Counted from the stretch's first letter, positions 1 to 14,174 are shown. The stretch: DNA of 64,000 nucleotides from Tubulanus polymorphus (GCF_964204645.1 NC_134036.1:1488001-1552000); one strand, 5' to 3'. Notes: generated by a model from the letters alone, not told the origin. Numbers and translations are program-made.

Positions 1-1239
1 TCCTATGGTTAACTTGTTCTTGTAATTTTGTAGTCATGCAGGTAGCCGCCAGATGTCACCGAAACTGATGCAAAGTACAGAATCATTGATTTCTGCCTAT
101 AAAACTTGAAACAAACACTCCCTCCCTCTAGATTCAGTCTCGACGTGGTGACGGTTTCTTTACCCAATCAGAGCTCGATGTTTACAGCAAATAATCAAAT
201 AGATACGTTAATTAGGTTTAGCGGCGCTTTACCCGAAATAGATCCCGTAACAAATAAATCGGTAATGAAATTTTCGATAATCAGTTACCTTAAATTCGTA
301 TCATCATCGTATCCGCTGTGATGGTGAACGATCGATACCAATTCGAAGACGACTTGTCTTTTAAATACTCGTTGCCCGACGACACGATAAAACGGTCGGT
401 ATTGTTGTATATGCCAAATGTCGGCGCGATCTATTTTTAGCGATTCTAACCTTTGTCTCATTATAGTTTGATAAGATAATGTATATGTTTTTTCTTTACC
501 AACGTTTGGAATGTGGACCTTTTTCTTTTTGTCTGAACCGTCGTTTGATATTGATCGTCTGTTCCGAGACTGACGCAGACGACAGTTTTCTGTTGTTGTT
601 GTTCATCGCCGTTTTCTTTCTGTTTCTGTTTGTGACGTGGCGTTTTTCTTACGGCCATTGTTTTTTCGTTTGCGGTTGCGGGGGTTGTCGGAAAATACGA
701 AACGCCGAAGTTTCGAATTTTTTTTTCGGAACAAACATCTTATCTACGAACTGTGTATCGAAAGTTGATCGCCTCGCTTGAATCAAACCCGAATGAGTTG
801 ATTATGTGAATATGACGTCATTGGGGGAACAAATAGGAAAGTTTGTTTTTACTTTACTTTTATACCATCAAATGCTTTTTAAAAATCGTTTCAGTGTTAG
901 TAAGAAGACGCTTAAGATAAGATAATAATATCTTGCATGGAATCCGAACTTTGACCAAGAGTTTAATTCGACGCCACATTGGGGGCAACGAATAAAGGCT
1001 TTCAACTCTAATTTCTTATAGCATCGAACGCTTTTTGAAAATCAGTTCGCAGTTTTTCGAAAGAAGACACTTCGGATTAGAGCATCAAAACTATCGGATA
1101 TTGCATGGAATTATGGTAACTTGACCCATTCAAAAGCTAAATGGATGTATAAAACTTCGAGCAGAGTCGAACGGAGATGGATATTGAAAATACGCAGTAG
1201 ATATTCTCTTGCAAGCATTAAAATGCTACAAATGACACC

Positions 1240-1350
1240 TTGTTTCTCCTAATCGGCCGGGTCATTTTTGTTATCAGCAATAATATTTATAATCAGTTAA
1301 TTTCTATTACCGCCGGGTCTGTTATTGTCAGCTTGATAGTGATTTCAAAA
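1240..1350 (+). repeat. Dispersed repeat, second copy at ~22755-22865
   Basis: Shared ttgtttctcctaatcg...aatcagttaatttctat...gggtc. Confidence 0.7.
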
Positions 1351-4300
1351 AGAGTAATGTACAGGGTAATAAAATGCATCTGGAGAAACAGGTCCTGATG
1401 ACCTTTACTGCACACGCACGCACGCACACACGCACTAACGCACGCACACAAATGACTCTCAGGCAGATGAGGTCCTACTAATAAAGAGACAATAACACCT
1501 AACGACCTATCGACAGACGACAGCCGTTTAAAGGGACTTGACTCGAATCTGTTTGTCTGCAGCGAGAGAGATTGAGCGAGAGGATGCATATAAACACGTG
1601 CGCGTTGTACTTACCGTCGACTCTTTACGTAAACGTTACAAAAAACGCTTCTTCGTAACGTATCCAGCGTTCCGTTGAATTATACAAACGTATATACGTA
1701 ATAATGATATATACATATGATAATATATATAACGTTAATAACGTTGCGCGATAATTCAACAATACGTCATCGCACAGCTGATGCGCTCATTCATTTTTAC
1801 GTCGTTGTTATGCGCATCGTCGTTTTTACGTATCACTGTAAATTTGCGTATATATATACAGAAGCTAATATCGTTACGTTAACGTTTTCGTAGGCCTACG
1901 TTGTAGCGTTTGGTCGTAACGTTGTTGTTCGCGAAATCGTAAACGTTGCTTTATGACGTAATAATCGACGGTATTGTTGCTTATTTGTTGTAACAAGGTG
2001 TTTTTAAATCTTATCATTTCAGTCGTGTGGCAGGTGCCCGTTGTTAGTTGCTTCGTCTGATTCAGGTAGGTAACGGCTTAACTCCGAAACTAATTTACTC
2101 GTGTCAAAACTATTCGCCTGTCATTATCTCTGTCCTTGCGCGCATCAGGTGTGAACGTCACCAGGACGTTGCAACCATAGCTGTAAGGGGTAGGGGAAGT
2201 TATTTGAAGGTAACGCCACTAAGGTGCTGCTCTTTTTCTCGATGTATTTAGAGGTAACGTCACTAAGGTGCTGCTACCATAGCTGTGAGGGGAAGGGTAA
2301 GTTATTTGAAGGTGATCCTCCCGCTATTAGAGGAGGTGCAGATGTTCTAAATGAGTCATTTGATTTCTAATTTTGATCCCGCCATGACGCGCGTAGATTC
2401 TGTCGGACGAGAGTCACTCGGAAATCCTTCCATCAATAGCTTCCCATCCATTGCAAATACCCTAGCTATCCAATAGACAGACGACATCTCTTTTAATTCC
2501 GTCTACTCCAGTTGCAAATACCCTTTTAACAACTCTGTACACCTTATAAATAGTGTGGGTAAAGTTCAAATACCAGCTTCAACAATACCGGTCGTTAATT
2601 ACCGACCATTCCCTCGCGCACCAGATTCAGTAAGTCTCGCGTTTTCTCGCAAACTCACGATGACACCACGCATAGAGTATAATATGACCACGCGTTGGAA
2701 AATCCAATTCAAGTAAAATGATTGGTTCCGCGACAAGTCTCGTGAATTCTATTTGAACCGGAAGTGACCCTGGAGAATGTGGATTAAAGGTCTTAAGCGC
2801 AAATCACGTCTAATAAAGTCTCGCTTGCTCTCGCGAGATTTGAAAGAACTATTCTTATTATCAAATTCAATTCAATGAGTATTTATTCCCGTGGCGAAGA
2901 ACAGAGTCGGGTAGGAATTCGACGCCGGGAATAAAAACCAGAAATAGAACGGAGACAAAACTCATATCCGATTATCAAAGGGTCTTAGAATAGAAATAGT
3001 CTTTCGTTTGGAGATCGTTTTTAGTTTCTACTCGTGTTCCTGTCTATATCTGAGTTGACTTAAGGGCACATCATGTGGCCTAGCTCAGTAATCAGTTTTA
3101 GTATTCAATACCTTATAAAAGTCTTAATGGAACCAGAAATGACTGGCAGTGGACTTAAAACATTGATTCTTTTCAAGCAAAATTTAAATAGACATTAGTA
3201 ATCATTTTATTCGAGTTAATTTTGTCAATTCCAAAATTCCTTCGCGAATAACTCACCAATAAAGGACTGTTATCGTTCTCTCGAGCAAATTCGAAACAGA
3301 CATTAACCGTCGTACCGCGTGTATCGCTATTCATCTTTTCTAACAATGAAAACGGTTGAGTTTAAAAAAGACAACCCGGAAGGAGATCGTTAGAGGACGA
3401 AGTCATAAAAAAAACGGATATCATGTGTTGTAAAGAGATAGTGGGCGATTTTGTCCCGTTTAGGAATTGTTTACCATCGATGGTTTTGACATTGATAAAA
3501 ATAAAACGGTGGAACCTGTTTTCTGGGTCATCGACCTACTTTTTTCATCGTACACAAAAGAAACATTAAAAAAAGAAATAATCTCGTGCAATCGTAGGGT
3601 CAAAAATAATTTCCTGGATTTTCGGTTAATTTTTTTCCCTTTTAGGAAACAAATCTATTATAAATAAAACATAAAGAAATCACATTTTCAATTGTCCCAA
3701 TAAACCCGCTTTAAATAACTTTAAATAACTTTTCTCTCCTTTGAAAACGAAGAAACCATTTGAGAAAAAAGAATAAAAGACCATATCTTGTTACAAAATC
3801 GTTACGGCATTTCCGAGTATATGATATATTTCATTCAGACGATAGACTGCGCACCCGCGAGTATCGGAATTTTACAATTTCGGGTCCAATAAATAATTAA
3901 GCTAATTTCACTAGTCGAAGAACGTCACCGGGTTCTTCTAAAAATAGCTGAACACGACTGATACCGGTGTATCTGCTGCTGCTGCGTAACTGCTGCTGCT
4001 GCTGCTGCTGCTGCTGCTTAATTGTAATTTGCGTAGGCAGCAGATCAGACAGCTCTATAAATCAGAGAAAATATCTTCCTTTGTTATTTTGCTGGCGGTA
4101 ACACGAGAGATTTGTTTTTCTTTTTGTTTATGGAATTCTTTATTTATAACTCTAAATGTCAAGTTAATTATTCTCGTTCTCGGAAATTTCGAGAATTTGA
4201 GGAAGATAAATCAGGATTTCGTTTCCGGTTTCGTATTCAGAGAAAATCTGTTCACGACATTTTGTTGAAGCGTCTTCGGTGGTTCCGACATCGGTATACT

Positions 4301-4369
4301 TTATGATTCCCGTGACGTTCCATTGACACTCACCAGATGGCGTTACAATACACTAAGATTGGTTTTAAA

Positions 4370-4680
4370 ACGAAAATGAGGTTAGACCGGTCTTAACTTG
4401 TTAGATTGATTATAGAACCAAAATGAGCTTAGACCGGTCTTAAGTTGTTAAATTGATTATAGAACCAAAATGAGCTTAGACTGGTGTTAAGTTGTTAGAT
4501 TGGTTATGGAACCAAAATGAGCTTAGACTGATGTTAAGTTGTTAGATTGGTTATAGAACCAAAATGAGCTTAGACTGGTCCTAAATTGTTAGATTGGTTA
4601 AAGAACCAAAATGAGCTGAGATTGGTCTTAATTTGTTAGATTGGTTATAGAACCAAAATGAACTTAGACTGGTCTTGAGT
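4370..4680. repeat. 47-bp tandem repeat x~6.5
   Basis: tagaaccaaaatgagcttagactggtcttaagttgttagattggtta. Confidence 0.9.
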
Positions 4681-5007
4681 TGATGGCCATAGAATCAAAT
4701 ATTTTTTCTGGGATCTGTTAAGGCTGTTGAAAACTATGTCTGTTTTTCCTATATCAAAAACATCGTAGAATTTGATACAACGATAAACAATTAATTCCAC
4801 ACCACGAGCATATCGCCTTATCTCTCCGAGCGTTTCCGGACGTGCCCGAACGGTCCCGAGTGACGCGATACGCAGTGTCTCGGTCACGTGACGGTACCTA
4901 TGAGATAAACGTCGTTAATTGGTCGGAACGTGACCAGAGTGAGATGTGTGGAAAAATACATTATTGTACACTGCCATTCCTGGAACCCGCACAACTCACA
5001 GTTCTTA

Positions 5008-5566
5008 CTGAACACGCGTAAAGTGTGGAAGATCAGTTTTTGAAAATGTGCTGATAAAATGTCTAATGTCTGGTGTTTGTAGTTCATTTTCAATTAGAAA
5101 TGTCTCAGATGAAGCACTGAACACATGTGAAGTGTGGACGATCAGCTTTTGAAAGTGTGCTGATAAAATGTCTAATGTCTGGTGTTTGTAGTTCATTTTC
5201 AATTAGAAATGTCTCAGGTGAAGCACTGAACACATGTGAAGTGTGGACGATCAGCTTTTGAAAGTGTGCTGATAAAATGTCTAATGTCTGGAGTTTGTAG
5301 TTCATTTTCAACTAGAAATGTCTCAGGTGAAGCACTGAACACATGTGAAGTGTGGACGATCAGCTTTTGAAAGTGTGCTGATAAAATGTCTAATGTCTGG
5401 TGTTTGTAGTTCATTTTCAATTAGAAATGTCTCAGGTGAAGCACTGAACACATGTGAAGTGTGGACGATCAGCTTTTGAAAGTGTGCTGATAAAATGTCT
5501 AATGTCTGGTGTTTGTAGTTCATTTTCAATTAGAAATGTCTCAGATGAAGCACTGAACACATGTGA
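5008..5566. repeat. 109-bp tandem repeat x5
   Basis: Near-identical units; explains the repeated MKMNYKHQ ORFs spaced 109 nt apart. Confidence 0.95.
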
Positions 5567-6169
5567 AATTGTAATTAGATAAAGTGTGTCTGACGGTACA
5601 GGGTTTTAGTGGCTGTTTCTTCAAAGAAAAAAATATTTTCAGCTGGTTTAAAATCACGATAAATGAAATTTCATTCTATGGTTCAGAATATCTGTTGTTT
5701 GTGACGTCTATTGTTTCGCTAATATAGATTTGCCTAGCAGCCAAAAAAACGACTGCCATTGTTGTGCGCGATGTCGATAGCGAAATTAATGAATGGAAAA
5801 AAAGAAAACGCTTTGTTTTGAAATTAAACGATTTCGACAATAAACGGTTTAACGATGGCTGATAAATTCTGATTATTGAATCGAGTTTGACAGGTTCAAA
5901 TATTTCGTCTGGTGATCGCCCGCGTTTTGGATAAAAAACAATAGGAGTAAAAGGCACAATATCGCCAATCTGTCACCGGCAGATCGATAAATACACTCGG
6001 GCACGTTTTGTTTAGGAGAATTAGCGCGCGGAATTTATTGGGTGTTAAGCAAGGCAGTTATTTGGCCCACGTTCTATAAACCTAAATTTATATCATTTAT
6101 CAATAGCTTGGAAGAAATTATTGATAAATCTTAATATTCATGATATGATTATACCACTAAACCCAGGTC

Positions 6170-6620
6170 TTGGCTTCTCCCTTCTCTCCCCCTCTCCCCT
6201 CTCCCCTCTCTCACTCTCTTCCTTGTCTTCCTATCTTCCCTTCTTTCTCCTATCTTCCCTTCTTTCTCCTATCTTCCCTTCTTTATCCTATCTTTCCGTC
6301 CTATCTCTCTCCCTTTCCTCTCCCATTCCTCTATTTCCCTCTGTCGGTCTCACTGGCTTTTCTCCCTTTCTCCCTCTCCATTCTCTCACCCCCTCCCTTC
6401 TCTTCCCCTCTCACTTTCTTTCCCCTTCACTCCCCTAGCTTTTCTCTTCTTTCACTCTTACTGTCCGTCCCTGTCTCTCTCACTCCGCCCTTTCTCTTCC
6501 CCTCTCCCTCTCTCTCTCCCTATCTCTTGCATTTATATCTCCTTTCTCCCACTCTTCCCCAGTCTCCGCCCCCTCTCTCCCACTCTCTCCGTCCCCCCCT
6601 CTCTCTCTCTCTCTTACTCA
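6170..6620. repeat. CT-rich low-complexity polypyrimidine tract
   Basis: Almost entirely C/T. Confidence 0.9.
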
Positions 6621-6724
6621 CTCAGTAGTTGGAATAATTTTAATTATTTATATCACGTTCCGTATAGAGTTTTCGATAATCGATAACTTGACCGAATTTA
6701 TATTGAAAAAAACCTAACATTTAC

Positions 6725-6827
6725 CCCAGAATGAACCAACATACACCAACACACACACACACACAGACAAGAGTACCGATAAAACCGGTCTCTTTGTTGC
6801 CGCCGTCGTCGCCGACGCGGTTTCCAT
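6725..6827 (-). CDS. Candidate first coding exon with signal-peptide/anchor-like sequence
   Basis: METASATTAATKRPVLSVLLSVCVCVLVYVGSFW G|GTAAAT (phase 1). Part of the hydrophobic stretch derives from a (TG)n run, and no downstream exon was identified. Confidence 0.3.
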
Positions 6828-8469
6828 AGAATATATAATGCAACAGATATAACCGTTATAGCCCCCCGTTACCTTGTAATTCGCAAAATGATACGCTTTA
6901 AATTTCAAGATAGTATTTCGCGTTAAAGTACGCGAGGCCGATTTCAGAAATACCATATCTTAATATCAGTGATTTTATCCCAAATAGACACAAAACTCGG
7001 TTTGTCGATTTCGAATTCATTCTCAAAAGTTTTCGCTGGGTGAATAATGAATTCAACAATGATCTCGAAATCGAATCTTTCGTAAGGTTTGCATGAATTT
7101 TCTAAATATCGATTGTGTATTTTTTGGAAATTGGGACTGTTGGCATTCGGTTTGTCGATGAACTTTTGCGAACCGACGTAGCATCAACAGAAAGATTACA
7201 GCAGTTTTAATCGAAGTTTCAAAATTTAACGGTAATTTCTTTCTCTTTATCGCGAATCAAAATGAAAAATGAAAAAGATTTATCGTACAATTTCAGGGAC
7301 GATCTGAATCAGGTTTGCAGAAATGACATAAGAAGGGTATTAAGGGTATATAGAAGTGAAGATTAATTTACTGGACAAAACTCAATTAGTAATTCTTTAC
7401 GTAATGAATAAGTTTATACTTTGAAAGAATATACTATTTTACTGTGCGAAATATTATTATTTCATAAATATCATTATTTACTGACCAAAAATATATAAAA
7501 ATATAAATATATAAATTTAGTTAGTCTGATAAATTATTTAGTTAGATATAGTTTGTTTACCTTTCTGTTCTGTACTGTCGTCTGTGCCTCAATTCTCTGT
7601 AATCATAAATCCCGACTAGTTTCAGCAGACGACTCTATGTGTGTCTCCATTGGTGAGAGTTGATACTCGCCTGCCCCGTGCCGCTCGTGCTGCCCGTGCG
7701 CGCGCGCGTGCTCTAGTAGTTAACAGTAACTGACAGCAGCAGCAGCAGTAGCAGCTTGTTGCTCGCTGTACCTGCGACCATCGGAGGAGATAGACTCTCT
7801 CTCTTCGCACCGCGCGCTATCTGCAACTCTACACCGTCAGCAGCATCCAATATCTGAAAATACTCTACATGGCGACACCAGGGGGCGCTGTGTAACCGAT
7901 TATACTCTGCCTAGTGACATCAGGGGATACTGTCTACCACTCTGCCCGATAATTCTCTACTTGGCGACACCAGGGGCGCAGTTTGCCGCTTCCGTATCAC
8001 TGGACGACATTAGATGTCGCTACTCTGCCAGATATTACTATGCCTAGCGACACAAGGGGTCGCTGTCTGCCGCTTTTTTCCATTATTACTATCCTCACCA
8101 TTAATAATGATATCTTAAGTTAGAATAAACTCCAATGAAGACAATCAAGGTTTGGTTGAACTTTTTATTTCATATTTTATAATGACTCTGAATCAAGTAT
8201 GGCTTGATAAGTACGACTCCCGTATCTGTAGTTTATGGCTTAATCTCGGTAATTAGCAGGACAGCCGACAATTCATTTTCGTCATAATTCATCTACATAA
8301 AAAGGATTTCGATGATTTAGTACTTCCGGTGTGGATGAACGAGGTCACGGCTGTTGCTTTTACGTCGGCGTTGTTTAGTTCATTTATACGTCGGCAGATG
8401 GCGAATGATCTACGCCAACTTGCGGCGTGATGATTAAACAAAAAACTTATATCAATAAATTTAGCATTT

Positions 8470-8532
8470 TGTCAGGATTCGAACCCTCAGTCCGTCGTTT
8501 GATAGCCACAAGGTTTAACCAACAAGCCAACA
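8470..8532 (-). mobile_element. tRNA-derived SINE head / tRNA-like relic
   Basis: A box TGGCTTGTTGG and B box GGTTCGAATCC at tRNA spacing; stems do not pair. Confidence 0.5.
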
Positions 8533-10970
8533 GTTATATATTGATAGCTCGACAACTTCTAGTTCATACCATGCCTTGTCATGATTTCACCGTTAGATGG
8601 CGACCTCAGTCCGTCGGTCGAGAAGCCCACTGGGCTAACCAACTGGCCAACGCATCTATGTTGATAGGTCGTAATTAAACTTCTGGTTCATACCATGTTT
8701 TGTCATGATTGTTTGAAACAACATTTCGCCGTTAGATGGCGACCTAGATACCATCATTCTCAGGTTTCACCGTTAGATGGCGACCTAGATACCATCATTA
8801 TCAGGTTTATCCCACGTTCATTCCTTTGGTTTTTCTGAGTAACCACTGTGTCAGACAGTCAAGTTCACCGAGTTCAGTTGTGAGCCATCTTCCTGTATGG
8901 GATTTTTATGACCAGTATAGACTGATATTATTAATCTCGATATTCGGGGTTAACGATCCATCACATGAGATGAATCAATACCGTCTTCCAGATTATTTTA
9001 CAACATCGTTCCGTCTGCCAATCATGAATATCTGAACACTTTGCTCCACGTTATAATAGCAGAAAATTCCACCCTAAAATCTAAATATTATTGCGAGAAT
9101 AGATTCCATTGGCTAAATAGAAATATAATGTGTTTAGAAATGCGTCGGGACATTCAGAAGCTGCAGTTGCTCAAACGTTGGTTGATAACCGGGGGATAAA
9201 TAAGCTTTTCTTTAATTTTCACTATGTCAACTATCCACTGATTTACTCCAACCGTGTATTGAGCAACTGCAGCGCCCCTGACACCAGAATTGAAAGTTAT
9301 CAAAGCTCTTCTGAATTGTGGTAGTTCATTTAACGTATCGATTACGTTCTAAGTCATCTTCAGAAGGACAGCAGAGGTTATATCAGAATCTCCTGATACT
9401 GAACTGATAACTGACTGGGTTCATCATTCGACACAAGTCCGCTAGATGGCGCAAGTGTGAATGAAATCGAGGATGAGAATCAGGCGACACAGAGTGATGC
9501 TTGCTGTACCTTCAGGAACCCTTTAAGAATATTTCTCCCTAGAAATGTCTAGATTAATTTTTGTACTTTGAATTCTAGTAACCGGCATTTTAATTAGTTT
9601 ATCTACAGATAACACTTAAAACTAACTTATAAACTAATCTTTAAACAGAATTGGAATCAATATATACTTTTGAAATCAAAACCTTTCGAAACAAATCTCA
9701 TTGATTGGTAAGTGGTGCCATCTGACGGGATCTAGCCGAACTCCTTCCACAAGTTTTGACGTAATTTTAATGATAAATTGCCGGTCATCATCTCCGCAAA
9801 TAAACCGATCTTATCGCGTGTTTACAGTTGTCACGGAGCCAGTTATACTTAAATCAACAATCGAGTCAGTTCGGTCACAATGGCAACTGTCACCGGAGAT
9901 ACGTAGTGATCATCTAACGGATTAATCTATTGCTGCGGAGAATATCTTCGCACACAGAGAAAATCTATCGACCAAACAGGGCTTCGATACTTAATCTCCA
10001 AACAGTTAATCATTCTGGACCCCATTCTAGAAAATTCGTTCGTTTTTTTGCTGGTGGCAAATGGATTAGTTTTATAATGAAGTTTCTTCCGAACCAGGTC
10101 TCTCCTCAAAAACTCACCAACTCATTATTAGAATCGTCCCGTTTAAGTTTGAAGAGCTTTAAGAGGTTTAATGTTGACCCAGTGTTTGATTCTTCAAAAA
10201 CCAGTGTTTCGTCTTAGAACTGCTTTGGCCCCCAAAATCTGTTGAGCTCGTTTGGAATTGGTCGAAAGCTTTTCTATTTTTGGTTCAGTATTTGGTTCCT
10301 TTAACGTTTCATTCGAAGAATTCAATAGTAAAAGGAACCAATATGGTAAAATGATTAGGTACAAAAATGATGCTTTTTCAGTTTCCGTATTGTAAAAAAA
10401 GAAAAAAACTGCAAGACAAAAACATTCCGTGTAATTCTGTATTTTATTTAGAAACGTGGTTGGTGCTCTGTAGACCACGACCATCAGACGTGACCTTCGT
10501 AAATCTTATATGACCTAGAAAACTTTCGCGCATGCTCAGTTAAAACTATATATAAGTTTATCATAATCTAAAATTCCGATTTTATCGCTTCCTCGATGTG
10601 TTGTCACGCTCTGTTGGTGTTCTCCAACGCCGCTAGGTAGTGCTCACGTTCGTAAGATAAGCGCTACCTGTCGGTGGTTAGTGGTACTATTTGATCGCGA
10701 ACGTTTTAGTAAAGTCGCAGCAGCCAAACTGTAATTATAAAAACAAACATCGTCTTTTAAAAGTAGGATTTGAAATATAAATATAGCCGCAAAGCAGCGA
10801 TAATGGGTTTTCTATGCCACAGTGACATCTATATTGAAATTGAGGGTAATTATTGCTGGGATTCAGACCTGAAGTGCTGACTGGCACTACTTAGGCAATA
10901 AATGCTATGCTACTGCCCCCTGGTGGACCCTCGACTGCCACAGTAGCTTCGCCGAGAATACAGTACTTAC

Positions 10971-11135
10971 TGCATGCCTTCTTACAGGATAGGAAACAGT
11001 CGCTGTCGTCTTCGATGTTGGAGGCGAACATTTTTCCCTGACACTGTCCGTACGGCCAGCTGTCCCCGTGTATACGGGGCAAACACGCGTAACTACACAG
11101 TGAAAACCCGATTGTAGAGGCGCCACCGTTCACTG
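10971..11135 (-). CDS. Orphan Cys-rich coding exon (phase 1-1, 55 codons, 6 Cys) of an unidentified, probably extracellular protein
   Basis: tattttgcag| 165 nt |GTAAGT; VNGGASTIGFSLCSYACLPRIHGDSWPYGQCQGKMFASNIEDDSDCFLSCKKAC; GC-richer than its flanks; lies within ORF 10891..11148. Confidence 0.55.
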
Positions 11136-12289
11136 CTGCAAAATACAATCAATTCAAAATAATTCATTAGTCAATATAGAATATATATAGAAGAAAGCTT
11201 AATATTATCAGTGATAAAGAGGTCAAATTAATAACATAAGGCATTTATTTGGGTATCGGGTATGTCTGCACCCACAGAACCCTGTACCTTCTGTGCTTTC
11301 TACCCTGCACCCCCAGTATCCTGTATCCTGTACATGAAGCGATATCGGTGGAAGAGACTCCAATGTACACTATTGATACATTAATACATCATACACATCA
11401 GAGAAATACATTAATACAGTCAGCACTCAATCCAACAACATGATTACCCTGCACATGTGACATTAAGAGAAAGATGTACAATGTACATGATTATCATGTA
11501 CATATAATATCAATACATTGATATATCATGTACATTAGAGTATTATATTAATACAGTCAGCACTCAATCCAAGAACATGATTTTGGCTCCACCTAGTGGC
11601 GGATAACTAAGAGTAACACTTGTATCTGTTTTCGTGTTAATCAAAATATTGGACATTCAGCTCGTTGAGAAAAACAACCACTTCAATTGTATAAATACAG
11701 AAAGAATATCGCTCCGATATCGATTTCCAATTAACTCGCTATCCGAATTTACTTAGAGCCTCTCGACTGAGGGTTCTTGTAAGTCAAGATACGCAGAAAT
11801 TGATGCATAATTCATATATTTCTGTATACGTATACGAGACTGGTCCTGCGACTCTTTGAAACTCTCGCTGAAATATGGAACTGAATTATAACGACGTTAA
11901 AATCCTTCAACTTCGACAAATGTTTGAAATTACAACTATATACAATTTTTTTTTCATAAAATTCTTGGTATCGATGGAAGCTTGAATAAAACGTTCGTGG
12001 CTGAAAAATGGGTTGATGATGTGGGAAAATTGCGTAACTGCAATGAAACACAAGTGTCCATTACATAATTAAATAGTTTCAGCAGAGACTAATCACATCG
12101 GACTGGTATTTGAAATTAATCCGCCAATATTGGACTGATTAGATTTTGCCTACATTACGCAATACAGCCGTACGGACAAACCGGTTTGCCAGCATGTAGC
12201 ATAGCCGAATTACCCCCTTTTTGATAATGTAACTTTGAGCGGGGCACTACTCCACGCTATGTTGGACTTACAGCACTCAAGAAGACTAA

Positions 12290-12476
12290 AGCCCAACGCA
12301 CACGGCACCGAAAAAACGAGGAAAAAACGTTTTCGATGTTTTTTGTCATGCCGTGTGCGGGGGAGGCAAAACACAAAACGCCGAACTGAAAAACGTTTTT
12401 CACGAGCAAAAAACGTTTTCTGAAAAACGTATTTTCTGTTTCGGCGAAACAAATGTTTTGCCGTGTGCGTTGGGCT
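12290..12476. mobile_element. MITE, PIF/Harbinger-like
   Basis: TIR AGCCCAACGCACACGGCA / TGCCGTGTGCGTTGGGCT flanked by TAA and TTA; partly palindromic interior. Confidence 0.75.
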
Positions 12477-12989
12477 TTAGATTCAAAAATCTATAACGAA
12501 CATTTGCAGTTGTAAAATACTTTTTATCTTTCTCGACACACGCGGAAGAAATTAATTCTCGAATTAAAAATGTCTTCTACAATATGTTCAGTTCAGGTAC
12601 CGTGGGTTCAGTACGTTTTTGTATCTGTTTTGATGAACAGATTCGAATTCAAAAATCTACAACAATATTGTCGGTTGAATTCTTGAATAATTCGTGGTAT
12701 TTTTTTTTCAATCGTACTCATGGATGCGGAACAGAAAATCTAGCGACAGAACGAGTTATCGGCGATGAATTAGAACGATGACGTTTTGTAAAACGATGTC
12801 GTCTGCGCCTTCTGAATATCGTCTGCTTCACCACAGATGAGTTGTTTCTGTTCAGATACTGCGCTTCTCGAGCAGTTATTGCGCTTTCGATTAGAAACAT
12901 TACAAATTCATTCTCTCAACGAAAAAATGAAAATACGCTTCCCATTTGTGAAATTTTGTGACGTAACGAAGGCACCAACATCAGTAGGT

Positions 12990-13290
12990 TGCTGCTACCC
13001 TAGCTGTGAGGGGGAAGTTATTTGAAGGTAACACCACTAGGGTGCTGATACCATAGCTGTGAGGGGAGGGGAAGTTATTTGAAGGTGACACCACTAAGAT
13101 GCTGATACCATAGCTGTTAGGGGGAGGGGAAGTTACTTAAAGTAACCCCACTAGGGTGCTGATACGATAGCTGTGAGGGGAGGTAACCTCACTAGGATAC
13201 TGTGCTACCATTGCTGTGAGGAGAGGGGAAGTTATTTGGAGGTAACTCAGTATGGTGCTGCTAGCAATACCTGTCAGGGGCGGGGAAGAT
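12990..13290. repeat. ~58-bp tandem repeat, also present at 2170-2315
   Basis: ccatagctgtgaggggaggggaagttatttgaaggtaacaccactagggtgctg at both loci. Confidence 0.8.
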
Positions 13291-14174
13291 GTACTCTACA
13301 AAGCTCGCTCTTGAAATAATTTAGGTTATTATTTCTGTTTCACCCCAATCACTTGAATCTCAAATTTCAAATTGCCAGTTAAGTGTTCAGCGCTACTTGT
13401 AAATAATTCATCGGTTGTCGCACAGATACGAGTCTGGAATATTAAATTATAAATTGTTGAGAAGTTTAGAAATTTAGTTTTATGTCTCGAAAAGTTCGCT
13501 TCGATAAATTGCAGACAAATTAGCGAAAAGCTTTGAAATAATTATGTTGTTATGTTGCATCGTCGACGTTTAGCTGAATAATTGATTATGCAAATTACCT
13601 AGAAACAAATAGCTACATATTAAACGCAACAATATGAAAATAATCACCATTGACGACAGTCGCGACGGATATTAAGCGATGGCTATTTGTAAAAATCTAC
13701 CCAAAGGACTGCAAACAATTTTGTCTCAGTAAAGAATAGTTGATCTGATCATGTAGATGGCTTTCTGATATGTCCCACGAGGGCTTTCTGATATGTCTCA
13801 CGAGAGCTTTCTGATATGTCCCAGGAGGGAATGTCCTGGCAGTCATTTTACCGCCATCAATCCGCATTAAACACCCACACGCACCCGACAGGTATACGTC
13901 GCTAGCAGATTTGTAATAATGAGTTTTTTATTTACGAGTATTTGTCGCTCTGCGGAGTATATCTCCCTTCGTCAAATTCTATTCTCACCTCTTCCCTCCA
14001 CCTGCTCTCTCCATCGCAAACAAACGCGCATAAATACTTTATATTTATTTTCAGATTTGAAAAAAGTCTTAAATTTGTTCGTTATTATTATTATCATGGT
14101 TTCTAGTCATTGTTATCATTAGTATATTCGGAATTTGAATACTAATCATGGTCAGAAAATGGCGGTACAGCTTT

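Noticed and set aside
4884-5529. Family of repeated small MKMNYKHQ proteins
   Set aside because: Translation of the 109-bp tandem repeat from TTG starts
6121-6628. Leu/Ser/Pro-rich ORFs here and at 27888-28340
   Set aside because: Low-complexity CT/GA tracts that lack stop codons
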